Origin: Acholeplasmatales bacterium
Lineage (GTDB): Bacteria > Bacillota_I > Bacilli_A > Acholeplasmatales > Anaeroplasmataceae
Length of the DNA: 64,000 bases
Assembly: GCA_017444645.1 (NCBI GenBank)
Contig: JAFSWG010000033.1
Location: forward strand, 3,267-67,266
Direction of reading: 5' to 3'
The notes under the pieces were generated by a model. It was not told the DNA's origin. It saw only the letters and a program-made list of their open reading frames with translations, and searched no databases. This document shows positions 9,583 through 18,450 of this stretch, piece after piece. Made by a program: the position numbers and the translations under genes. The stretch's first letter is position 1, and each line of letters begins with the position of its first letter.

Positions 9583-10680
9583 ATGGATTTACATTGCGAA
9601 ATGATATTAGAGCAATATAAACAAAAAAAGCCTTTATTTATAAAAGTTAAAGATATTGCCCTTCAGGAATTAAATAAATATGTTAAAGAATTTGGAACTA
9701 TTGTTAATAGTGTAGAGGGTCGAGTAAAAGAAGAAAAGTCATTAGCTGGTAAGCTGGAATTAAAAGGCTATAAATACCAATCAATTGACGATATAACAGA
9801 TATTGTTGGTACTAGAGTAGTTACTTTTTATAATGATGAAGTAGATAAATTTGCAGCTAAGATTGAACAAAATTTTGATGTAGATTGGGATAATTCAATC
9901 GATAAAAGAAAAATGCATAATATAGATCAATTTGGTTACATGTCATTACATTATATTTGTAGAATACCAAAGGAATTATATTATGATCCAGAAAATCCAG
10001 AAATTAATAATGTTAGATTTGAAATTCAATTAAGAAGTATTTTACAACATGCGTGGGCTGTTGTACAACATGATACCGGATATAAAACAGATGTAGAAAT
10101 ACCAAAGGAATATTTAAGATCTTTAAGCAGATTATCAGGATTACTTGAACTTGTTGACGAATCTTTCTGTCAATTACGTATTTCAATTGATGATTATAGA
10201 AGAAGAGTAAAACAAGTTGTCAAAAATGGTAAATTTGAAGATATTGAGCTTAATGGTGATTCATATTCAGCATATCTAGATAATGGTGGATTTGAGGCTT
10301 TAAACAAGCATATAGCCGCAATTCAAAATATGGAAATTGAAGATGTATCATTAAAAGCTTTCTTAAGAGTATTTAAATCATTTGGATTTACTACATTAAA
10401 GCAATTAGATGATTTCGTTAAGGATTATTCAGATGTTGCTTATGAATTTGCAGTTAGACAATTCTCAGGAAGAGATTTAGATATTATTACCAGTGCGGCA
10501 GGACCTTTAGCTTTATGTGTAGTTTATGTATTATCTAAAGACATGGGTGAAAAGGTAGTTAAGATGATATTAGATGCTGTATATGGCCCAAGAACAATGA
10601 ACGAAAGGACTGCGGCTAGATTAACAAAAATTGGTAAGAGTATGGGTTTAATCAAGGTTGGTGATGATAGTGAAGAATAG
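9583..10680 (+). CDS. Small alarmone synthetase (RelA_SpoT synthetase domain) with C-terminal extension
   Basis: GRVKEEKSLAGK, DITDIVGTR, FGYMSLHY, FEIQLRSILQHAWA..QHDTGYK; no HD, TGS or ACT domain; about 150-aa extra tail. Confidence 0.92.
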   Translation: MDLHCEMILEQYKQKKPLFIKVKDIALQELNKYVKEFGTIVNSVEGRVKEEKSLAGKLELKGYKYQSIDDITDIVGTRVVTFYNDEVDKFAAKIEQNFDVDWDNSIDKRKMHNIDQFGYMSLHYICRIPKELYYDPENPEINNVRFEIQLRSILQHAWAVVQHDTGYKTDVEIPKEYLRSLSRLSGLLELVDESFCQLRISIDDYRRRVKQVVKNGKFEDIELNGDSYSAYLDNGGFEALNKHIAAIQNMEIEDVSLKAFLRVFKSFGFTTLKQLDDFVKDYSDVAYEFAVRQFSGRDLDIITSAAGPLALCVVYVLSKDMGEKVVKMILDAVYGPRTMNERTAARLTKIGKSMGLIKVGDDSEE

Positions 10681-11251
10681 AGATTTAGATACATCACTAG
10701 TTGATAAAGCTATTGTTTATGCAACAAAATATCATGCAAATACAAGAAGAAAGGGTAAAAATATTCCTTATATTTTACATCCTCTTGAGGCTATGAGTAT
10801 TGTTGCTACTATAACTGATGATCAAGAACTAATAGCTGCTGCAGCACTTCATGATTTAATAGAAGATACTGACGCAACATATGAAGATATTGAAAATGAA
10901 TTTGGTAAGAGAGTTGCTGATATTGTTTTAAGTGAATCTAATAATGCTTTACCAAATCATCAAGAATTAAGCTGGCATCAAATTAGGGAGATGACAGCAA
11001 ATAATTTAAAGCATTCTTCAATAGACTGTAAAATAGTTGCTTTAGGAGATAAATTATCTAATATGCGAGCTATTTATACAGATTATAAATTGTTAGGTAA
11101 TGAGCTTTGGAATAGATTCAATGAAAAGAATCCTTTAGAGCACAAATGGCGTTATGTTGAGTTAACTAAATGTTTTGATGAATTAGTTGATACTAATGCA
11201 TATAAAGAATTTAAGCATTTAGTTGAAAAGGTGTTTGATGGTATAGAATAA
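10664..11251 (+). CDS. Small alarmone hydrolase (Mesh1/SpoT-like HD domain)
   Basis: H....RKG..IPYILHP, AAALHDLIEDT, ALGDKLSNMR; start uncertain (ATG 10664 or GTG 10670); overlaps synthetase stop. Confidence 0.88.
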   Translation: MIVKNRDLDTSLVDKAIVYATKYHANTRRKGKNIPYILHPLEAMSIVATITDDQELIAAAALHDLIEDTDATYEDIENEFGKRVADIVLSESNNALPNHQELSWHQIREMTANNLKHSSIDCKIVALGDKLSNMRAIYTDYKLLGNELWNRFNEKNPLEHKWRYVELTKCFDELVDTNAYKEFKHLVEKVFDGIE

Positions 11252-13116
11252 TGGATAAGCATAATAGAAGAATAAGTGATGAAATATACAAGAAAAACGA
11301 AATAGATGCGAATAAAGCATTAACAAAAGGATGCGTTTTTTCAGCTGTAATTATTTTTATTGTGTGGATATTATATTTGTCAGGTGCATTTAGTGTATCA
11401 AAACAAACATTAACTGTTGTTTCTATTTTCTTTCCTATTTTAACGTTTTTACTATTATCTACACTTCTATATTCAAGAACTAAATTAGTAGAAAAACCTG
11501 GATATAAATTTTTCTTAATTATTCAATTTATATTAGTTACATTTGCAGTTAATGTTTTAATACCAAAGCATGGAATACTATTATGGGCAACTTGTATATT
11601 ATTAGTTAATCATTATTATAGCCCTAAGTTATCAATGATTACATTTATATGTGTTGCAGTATTTATGTTTATTGGTATATATTTTGGAATGTTATTAGGT
11701 GAATGGGATGCTAATTTGATGAATGGGGCAGGAATTTTAACATTACCTACTGGAGAAACATTTGATGTAGATAGTGCTTCATTTAGACAAAGAGTTGAGT
11801 GGCTAGATTATCTTAGAGATGAAAAAGGCGACAATAGATTCTTGAAAGCTTTTATATATTATTATTTAGCTAGATTTATGATATTAGTTATTGTAGCTAA
11901 TATTGGTTATGCATTATCAAAAAGAACAATGAAATTATTATTGTTAGAAGTTGATAGAGCAGAAAATGAACAAAGAATAGAATCAGAGCTTAGTGTTGCT
12001 ACATCAATTCAATATAGTGTATTACCAAAAGAATTAAATGATGATAATAAAGATAATATATTTGGATTAATGGAGCCAGCTAAAGAAGTTGGTGGAGACT
12101 TATATGATTATTTTTATATTGATGAGGTTCATATTGCGTTAGTAATTGCCGATGTATCTGGTAAAGGTATTCCTGCAGCATTGTTCATGATGAAAACAGA
12201 AGCTTTGATTAAATCATTAACTTTAGCATTTAAGCAAGATACAGCAATGATAATGAATAGAATAAATGTATCTTTATGTAGTAATAATGAAGAAAGTGTA
12301 TTTGTTACATGTTGGTTAGGTATTTTAAATCTAGCAACTGGTGAATTAAAGTATACAAATGCTGGTCATAATAAAATTCTTATTTTCCATAATGGAACCC
12401 CAAAGTATACTACAGATAAACCTGGTGTAGTACTAGGCGCATTCGAAGGCTCTAAATATGTGGAAAACACAGTAAATTTAGAGAAAAACGATAAAATAGT
12501 TTTATATACAGATGGTGTAACAGAAGCTCATAATTTAAACAATGAATTATATGGAGAAAAGAGATTATTAAAGTATGCAACTGTTAATAACGGATTATGT
12601 CCAAAGGATTTCGTTACTAAGCTTAGAAAAGATGTTGAATCATTTTCTAATGGAGCCCCACAATTTGATGATATAACTATTTTAATGTTTAAATATGTTA
12701 ATGAAAATAGTATTATTCAAAGTAGAATCTTTGAGGCAGATGTTAAAGAATTAGATAATCTATTTGATTATTCATCTGCGTTATTAAGATTATTAGAGTT
12801 CTCTAATAGAGATATAATAATGATTAATACAGCATTAGAAGAAATATTCGTTAATGTTGCAAATTATGCCTATGAAGAAAAAGGAACAGTAGAAATAACA
12901 TTATCAAAATTCAAAGATCATGTAACATTTGTATTTAAAGATAGTGGAAAGCCATTTAATCCATTAGATAAAGTTGATCCTAATATAACTGCTAAGAGTG
13001 AAGAAAGAGAAATTGGTGGTTTAGGTATCTTTATGGTTAAGAAGATAATGGATTCTGTTAAATACGAATATGTTGATAATCAAAATGTATTAACTTTAAT
13101 TAAATATAAAAAATAA
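11251..13116 (+). CDS. Membrane-bound PP2C (SpoIIE/RsbU-type) phosphatase fused to RsbW/SpoIIAB-type HATPase serine kinase
   Basis: About six N-terminal TM helices; PP2C motifs VGGDLYD, IADVSGKG, NAGH, YTDGVTEA, DDIT; kinase motifs ALEEIFVNVANYAY, DSGKPFNP, GGLGIFMVKKIMD. Confidence 0.92.
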   Translation: MDKHNRRISDEIYKKNEIDANKALTKGCVFSAVIIFIVWILYLSGAFSVSKQTLTVVSIFFPILTFLLLSTLLYSRTKLVEKPGYKFFLIIQFILVTFAVNVLIPKHGILLWATCILLVNHYYSPKLSMITFICVAVFMFIGIYFGMLLGEWDANLMNGAGILTLPTGETFDVDSASFRQRVEWLDYLRDEKGDNRFLKAFIYYYLARFMILVIVANIGYALSKRTMKLLLLEVDRAENEQRIESELSVATSIQYSVLPKELNDDNKDNIFGLMEPAKEVGGDLYDYFYIDEVHIALVIADVSGKGIPAALFMMKTEALIKSLTLAFKQDTAMIMNRINVSLCSNNEESVFVTCWLGILNLATGELKYTNAGHNKILIFHNGTPKYTTDKPGVVLGAFEGSKYVENTVNLEKNDKIVLYTDGVTEAHNLNNELYGEKRLLKYATVNNGLCPKDFVTKLRKDVESFSNGAPQFDDITILMFKYVNENSIIQSRIFEADVKELDNLFDYSSALLRLLEFSNRDIIMINTALEEIFVNVANYAYEEKGTVEITLSKFKDHVTFVFKDSGKPFNPLDKVDPNITAKSEEREIGGLGIFMVKKIMDSVKYEYVDNQNVLTLIKYKK

Positions 13117-13134
13117 AATAAGTTATTAAGTAAT

Positions 13135-13164
13135 AAATGGACAACTCAAGCGTTGTCCATTTTT
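13135..13164 (+). terminator. Intrinsic terminator closing the STAS/alarmone operon
   Basis: AAATGGACAAC-tcaagc-GTTGTCCATTT plus T-run. Confidence 0.85.
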
Positions 13165-13171
13165 CTCCTAT

Positions 13172-13205
13172 AAAAGGAAACAAGCTGGTAATTTTCATTA
13201 CCAGC
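13172..13205 (-). terminator. Terminator for the GH94 gene
   Basis: GCTGGTAAT-tttc-ATTACCAGC stem followed on the minus strand by TTGTTTCCTTTT. Confidence 0.65.
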
Positions 13206-13227
13206 CTATCCCAAGAGAAGGAAAAAA

Positions 13228-15651
13228 TTATAAAGCGATATTTACATCAACTTCAGTAAGATCCTTATTGTATGGAATTACTTTTCCATCAATGGCCTTA
13301 TTATCTATAGTCATCAGATACTTACCTGAAGCGTTGTTAGTAATTGTAATATTGTATTTAACTCCTCTAAATACTCTTGTAACCTTAGCATGCTTAATTT
13401 CTTTTGGAAGATGCGGATCAATCATTAATCCATCATAATCTGGTTTAATACCTAATATTGCTTGGCTTGCTGCATACATTGTCCAAGAAGCAGTACCAGT
13501 TAACCAGCTATTCTTAGCTTCTCCATAGTTTTTAGCATCTCTACCTGCAATTGTTTGTGAATAGATGTAAGGTTCAGTTTTATGGATTTCTGATACCTCC
13601 TCTAAATATGCAGGACAATTTCTTCTATATACATCAAATGCTCTTTCATTGTTTCCAATTACTGTATTTGCGATAACAATCCATGGATTATTATGGCAGA
13701 ATACTGAGCCATTTTCTTTATATCCCATTGGATATGATGATACTTCCCCAAGTTCAATGTGATATTCTTTGTAACATGGATGTAGAATTTCTACACCATA
13801 ATCATTTGTTAAAATCTTTTCAACTGAATCAAGTGCTTTTTTACCATATCCTAAATCTTCACCGATTCTAGCCATTGTACAGAAGCCTTGTGGTTCAACG
13901 AAGATTTGACCATCTTCACATTCGTGGCTTCCAACTTTGTGTTCGAATGCATCATATGCTCTAACGAACCATTCTCCATCCCAACCATATTTAACAGTAG
14001 CATCTTCAACAGATTTAACTTCAGCTAAAATCTTTTTAGCTTCGTCATTATTACCAATATGGTTTAAGATAGTTGCAAATTCTTTTCCATATAATACAAA
14101 CATACCAGCGATGAATACTGATTCAGCCTTTCCTGATTCGAAATTAGAAGCAGTTTGGAATGATTCACCTGGTGTTTTAGAGAAGCAGTTTAAATTTAAG
14201 CAGTCATTCCAATCGGCTCTACCAATTAGTGGTAAACCATGTGGTCCTTTATGAGTAATAATATAATTTAAAGAAGCTCTTAAATGGTCGATTAATGGTT
14301 TTTCCGAACCTTCCTTATTGTTGAATGGAGTAGGGTCATTTAAGATTGTATAATCGCCAGTTTCTTTGATATATTGGCTTACTGCATCAATTAACCAAAG
14401 TGGGTCATCATTAAATCCTCCACCAATATCAGCATTACCACGCTTTGTAAGTGGTTGATATTGATGGTAAGTAGAACCATCTTCAAATTGGATTGATGCG
14501 ATATCTTTAATACGCTCTCTAGATTTTTCAGGAATTAGGTGTAAGAATCCTAATAAGTCTTGGCAGCTATCTCTGAAGCCCATACCACGACCAGTTCCTG
14601 ATTCATAATATGATGCAGATCTTGACATATTAAATGTAACCATACATTGATATTGATTCCAAATGTTAACCATACGGTCAAATTTTTCATTATCAGATTT
14701 AACATTTAATGTAGAAAGAAGATCTACCCATTTAGTCTTTAGCTCGTTGAAAGCTTTTAATACTTGTTCTTTAGTAGCATATTTCTTTTGTAATTCATAT
14801 GCTTTTTCTTTATTGATAACATGAAGCTTTTCAAATTTCTTATCATCTTCATTTTCAATATATCCTGTTTGGAAAATAACAGTTTTAGACTCACCTGGTT
14901 TAATTTCTAGATTAAACATATGTGAAGCAATAGGTGCCCATCCAGAAGCCTTAGTATTATAAGATGTCTTATTTAATACAGCAGAAGGATCACACCATGA
15001 ATTATATAATCCAATAAATGTATCTAAATCAGAATCATAACCATCATGTTTAATATTAGTATGGTAGAAAGCATAATGATTACGTCTTTCTCTATATTCT
15101 GTTTTATGGTAAATAGTAGTATCATCAATTTCAACTTCACCAATATTCCAGTTTCTTTGGAAATTAGTTTGATCATCAACTGCGTTCCATAAACACCATT
15201 CGATTACGCCATGAAGTGTTACGTTTTTAGTTTCTTTACTATTATTTGTTAAAGTTAATTGATTTATTTCACATAAATCCTTTAATGGAACGAAACATAA
15301 TAATTCAGCCTTTAAATTATTTTTTTCACTTTCAAATACTGAATATCCTAAACCATGTCTACATTTATAACTATCAAGTTTTGTCTTCATTGGTAGGAAA
15401 CCAGGATTCCAGATTGTTCCATTATCATTAATATAATAATATCTTCCACCATAATCTCTTGGAACGTTATTGTATCTAAATCTAGTAATTCTTCTAAGCT
15501 TAGCATCTTTGTAGAACATATAACCTCCACAAGTATTACTCATTAAGCTGAAGAAGCCGTCTTGTCCAAAATAATTTATCCAAGGAAGTGGTGTATTATA
15601 ATTTGTTATTACATATTCATATTCTTTGTCGTCAAAATGTCCAAATTTCAT
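13228..15651 (-). CDS. GH94 glycoside phosphorylase, probably cellobiose phosphorylase
   Basis: MKFGHFDD..EYVIT..TPLPWINY, GRGMGFRDSCQD, GRADWNDCLNL, KNSWLTGT; 807 aa. Confidence 0.9.
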   Translation of the reverse strand: MKFGHFDDKEYEYVITNYNTPLPWINYFGQDGFFSLMSNTCGGYMFYKDAKLRRITRFRYNNVPRDYGGRYYYINDNGTIWNPGFLPMKTKLDSYKCRHGLGYSVFESEKNNLKAELLCFVPLKDLCEINQLTLTNNSKETKNVTLHGVIEWCLWNAVDDQTNFQRNWNIGEVEIDDTTIYHKTEYRERRNHYAFYHTNIKHDGYDSDLDTFIGLYNSWCDPSAVLNKTSYNTKASGWAPIASHMFNLEIKPGESKTVIFQTGYIENEDDKKFEKLHVINKEKAYELQKKYATKEQVLKAFNELKTKWVDLLSTLNVKSDNEKFDRMVNIWNQYQCMVTFNMSRSASYYESGTGRGMGFRDSCQDLLGFLHLIPEKSRERIKDIASIQFEDGSTYHQYQPLTKRGNADIGGGFNDDPLWLIDAVSQYIKETGDYTILNDPTPFNNKEGSEKPLIDHLRASLNYIITHKGPHGLPLIGRADWNDCLNLNCFSKTPGESFQTASNFESGKAESVFIAGMFVLYGKEFATILNHIGNNDEAKKILAEVKSVEDATVKYGWDGEWFVRAYDAFEHKVGSHECEDGQIFVEPQGFCTMARIGEDLGYGKKALDSVEKILTNDYGVEILHPCYKEYHIELGEVSSYPMGYKENGSVFCHNNPWIVIANTVIGNNERAFDVYRRNCPAYLEEVSEIHKTEPYIYSQTIAGRDAKNYGEAKNSWLTGTASWTMYAASQAILGIKPDYDGLMIDPHLPKEIKHAKVTRVFRGVKYNITITNNASGKYLMTIDNKAIDGKVIPYNKDLTEVDVNIAL

Positions 15652-15670
15652 AAATTGCTCCCTTTCATTT

Positions 15671-15728
15671 CGAAAACGTTTAAGTAACTCTTTTCCCTAA
15701 TTATATAGATTATTTTTTTCGAAATCAA
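15671..15728 (-). promoter_or_regulatory. GH94 promoter and LacI-type operator
   Basis: Minus-strand TTGATT (15728-15723), 17 nt, TATAAT (15705-15700); operator CGAAAACGTTTAAG 15671-15684 lies just downstream of it. Confidence 0.75.
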
Positions 15729-15818
15729 TATAAAATTTAATAAAAAGGATGAAAATTTTTCAAAAAAGTGTAAAAAATCTAAAAAATTATTTTTTTTCGA
15801 AAATTTTTCAAAAAAGTA

Positions 15819-15868
15819 TTGACATTTAAAAAACGCTTTCCTATAATAAAAGTACGAAAACGTTTAAG
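15819..15868 (+). promoter_or_regulatory. lacI/ABC operon promoter and LacI-type operator
   Basis: TTGACA 15819-15824, 17 nt, TATAAT 15842-15847; CGAAAACGTTTAAG 15855-15868; weaker AAAAACGCTTTC in the spacer. Confidence 0.85.
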
Positions 15869-15891
15869 AAGTTTAGAAAAATGGTGATATC

Positions 15892-16902
15892 ATGGTCAAG
15901 ATTAAGGACATAGCCGAGCGATGCGGACTGTCAATTGCCTCTGTTAGTAAGGCATTGCATGGCGAATCAGATCTAAATCCAAAAACTGCAGAGTATATCA
16001 GAAGTGTTGCAAGGGAAATGGGGTATGTTCCTAACGCATCAGCAAGATTACTTAAAACAAAAAGAAGTTATAACGTTGGTGTTCTATTCGTAGACGAAAC
16101 GAGTTCTGGTCTAGAACATGAATACTTCTCATCTATTTTAAATTCTATAAAGAACGAGAGTGAGAAGCATGGATATGATATAACTTTTATTTCTCACCAT
16201 TTTGGAAAAAACTACTTAACATTTTATGAGCATGCTAAATATCGTAATGTAGACGGAGTGATAATCGCATCAGTTGATTTCAAGGATCCAGAAGTTATTC
16301 AGCTTGTGGAAAGCGAAATTCCAACTGTGACGATCGACTACGAATTTAACGATGTCGCGTCTGTTGTATCAGATAACGTACAGGGTGTAAGAGACATAGT
16401 TAATTTCTTAGTCGAAATGGGACATACAAAAATCGCATTTATCACTGGCGACGATACTTCAGTAACTCAAAAAAGAGTTGCAAGCTTTTATAAGACTTGC
16501 GGCGAGAATAAGATATCAGTAAATGATGAATATATTAAGAAAGGAAGGTACCATATACCGAAAGTAAGTGGAGAAGCGACAAGAGAATTATTAGCTTTAG
16601 ACGAAAAACCAACGGTAATTATGTATCCAGATGATTATTCACTTTTGGGTGGGATAACTGAGATAGAGAAACATGGACTTAAAGTTCCTGAGGATATAAG
16701 TGTTGTTGGTTACGATGGAATTAAGCTTTCAAGGTTACTTAGACCTATAGTTACAACTTATGTTCAAAATTCTACTGAGATTGGTATTCAAGCTACTAAA
16801 AAACTAATTGACCTAATTGAAAATCCAAGGACTACAATTGCCGATAGAACCTTAGTCATTGGAGGACTTCAACAAGGCGAAACAGTAAGAAAAATTAAGT
16901 AA
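15892..16902 (+). CDS. LacI-family transcriptional regulator
   Basis: IKDIAERCGLSIASVSKAL HTH, GYVPNASARLL hinge, VPEDISVVGYDG. Confidence 0.96.
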   Translation: MVKIKDIAERCGLSIASVSKALHGESDLNPKTAEYIRSVAREMGYVPNASARLLKTKRSYNVGVLFVDETSSGLEHEYFSSILNSIKNESEKHGYDITFISHHFGKNYLTFYEHAKYRNVDGVIIASVDFKDPEVIQLVESEIPTVTIDYEFNDVASVVSDNVQGVRDIVNFLVEMGHTKIAFITGDDTSVTQKRVASFYKTCGENKISVNDEYIKKGRYHIPKVSGEATRELLALDEKPTVIMYPDDYSLLGGITEIEKHGLKVPEDISVVGYDGIKLSRLLRPIVTTYVQNSTEIGIQATKKLIDLIENPRTTIADRTLVIGGLQQGETVRKIK

Positions 16903-17014
16903 GTTCAAAAAATGGTGTTGACCATTTAAAATAAACAATAATGGATGTCAACCATTAAAAAAATGGCAGAACAAGAAAGAGAGAAAAATTTTTAAAAAGG
17001 GGAAAGAAAAAGAA

Positions 17015-18379
17015 ATGAAAAAGAAAGTATTAAAAGGCGCAGCTGTAGCTGCATTAGGTGGACTTGTTGCATTAAGTCTAGCATCATGTGGATCAAGTGA
17101 TTCATATAAAGCTGAAGTATCAGATGGTGGTAAAGTATTAAATATTAGAGTATGGAATGAAGAATTCATTTCAAGATTTAAGGATTACTATCCAGGTGCA
17201 AAAGAAGTTAAAGCAAATGAAGAATTCACTTTAACTGATGGTACAACTGTTAAGTTCCAAATGACAGCTAATAAAGATAATGCATATCAAAATGCACTTG
17301 ACATCGCTTTAAAGAATCAATCAAAAGCTGCAGCTGACGACAAAGTTGATATGTTCTTATTTGAAGCTGATTATGCTTTAAAATATGTAAATTCAAATTA
17401 TTCATTAGACGTTAAAGATTTAGGTATGACAGATAGTGATACAGCTGATATGTATCAATATACTAAAGATATTGCTACAGTAAATAATAGATTAAAAGGC
17501 GTATCATGGCAAGCAACTCCAGGTCTATTTGCATATAGAACAGATATTGCAGAAGCAGTTTTAGGAACTTCTGATCCAGTAGAAGTTCAAAAACAATTAG
17601 CCGATTGGACTAAGTTCGATGAAACTGCAGCTAAGATGAAAGCAAAAGGATATGCAATGCTTTCTGGTTATGATGATGCATATAGAGTATTCTCTAATAA
17701 TATTAAGTCACCATTAGTAAATAGTGATAAGAAGATTGTTATCGATGAAAATCTAAAAACTTGGATTAAGCAAACTAAAGATTATACTGATAAGGGATAT
17801 AACAATAAAACAACATTATGGGATGACAATTGGAATAAACAACAAACAATTAATGGAAATACATTCGGTTTCTTCTATTCTACATGGGGTATCAACTTCA
17901 CATTAGCTGGTAATGCTGAAATTAAGAATGACAAAGGTGAAAACTTAGTTGGTAAGTATAGAGTATGTGAAGGTCCAGCTTCATATTATTGGGGTGGAAC
18001 ATGGATGGCAGCAGCAAATGGTACTGATAATAAGAGTCAAGTATTAGATATCATGAAGAAGTTAACTTGTGATGCTACAATTGCTGAAAAGATTACTCGT
18101 GATACATTAGATTATACTAATAATAAGACAGCTATGAATAAGATTGCCAACGATGCAACTTATGGTTCTGAGTTCTTAGGTGGACAAAACCATATTAAAT
18201 TATTCGCAGCAGCTGCACCAAAGATTGATATGAAGAATATTTCTGCATACGATCAAGGAATTAATGAAAAGTTACAAGAAGCAATGAAAGATTATTTTGC
18301 TGGTACTGTAACAGAAGAAAAAGCATGGGAAAACTTCTATACAAAAGTAACAACAGTTTATCCAGAATTAAAGAAATAA
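17015..18379 (+). CDS. Carbohydrate ABC transporter substrate-binding lipoprotein
   Basis: Lipobox LASC; Trp-rich sugar SBP motifs (YYWGGTW); precedes two permeases. Confidence 0.9.
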   Translation: MKKKVLKGAAVAALGGLVALSLASCGSSDSYKAEVSDGGKVLNIRVWNEEFISRFKDYYPGAKEVKANEEFTLTDGTTVKFQMTANKDNAYQNALDIALKNQSKAAADDKVDMFLFEADYALKYVNSNYSLDVKDLGMTDSDTADMYQYTKDIATVNNRLKGVSWQATPGLFAYRTDIAEAVLGTSDPVEVQKQLADWTKFDETAAKMKAKGYAMLSGYDDAYRVFSNNIKSPLVNSDKKIVIDENLKTWIKQTKDYTDKGYNNKTTLWDDNWNKQQTINGNTFGFFYSTWGINFTLAGNAEIKNDKGENLVGKYRVCEGPASYYWGGTWMAAANGTDNKSQVLDIMKKLTCDATIAEKITRDTLDYTNNKTAMNKIANDATYGSEFLGGQNHIKLFAAAAPKIDMKNISAYDQGINEKLQEAMKDYFAGTVTEEKAWENFYTKVTTVYPELKK

Positions 18380-18394
18380 TATTTTAAAGAAAAA

Positions 18395-18419
18395 AGGGCA
18401 GGCAAAAGTTGCCTGCCTT
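18395..18419 (+). promoter_or_regulatory. Stem-loop after the SBP gene (likely mRNA stabiliser or partial terminator)
   Basis: AGGGCAGGCAA-aag-TTGCCTGCCTT with no real U-tract. Confidence 0.6.
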
Positions 18420-18450
18420 AATTTAAATTATAAGAAAGTAGGTAGTTTTC

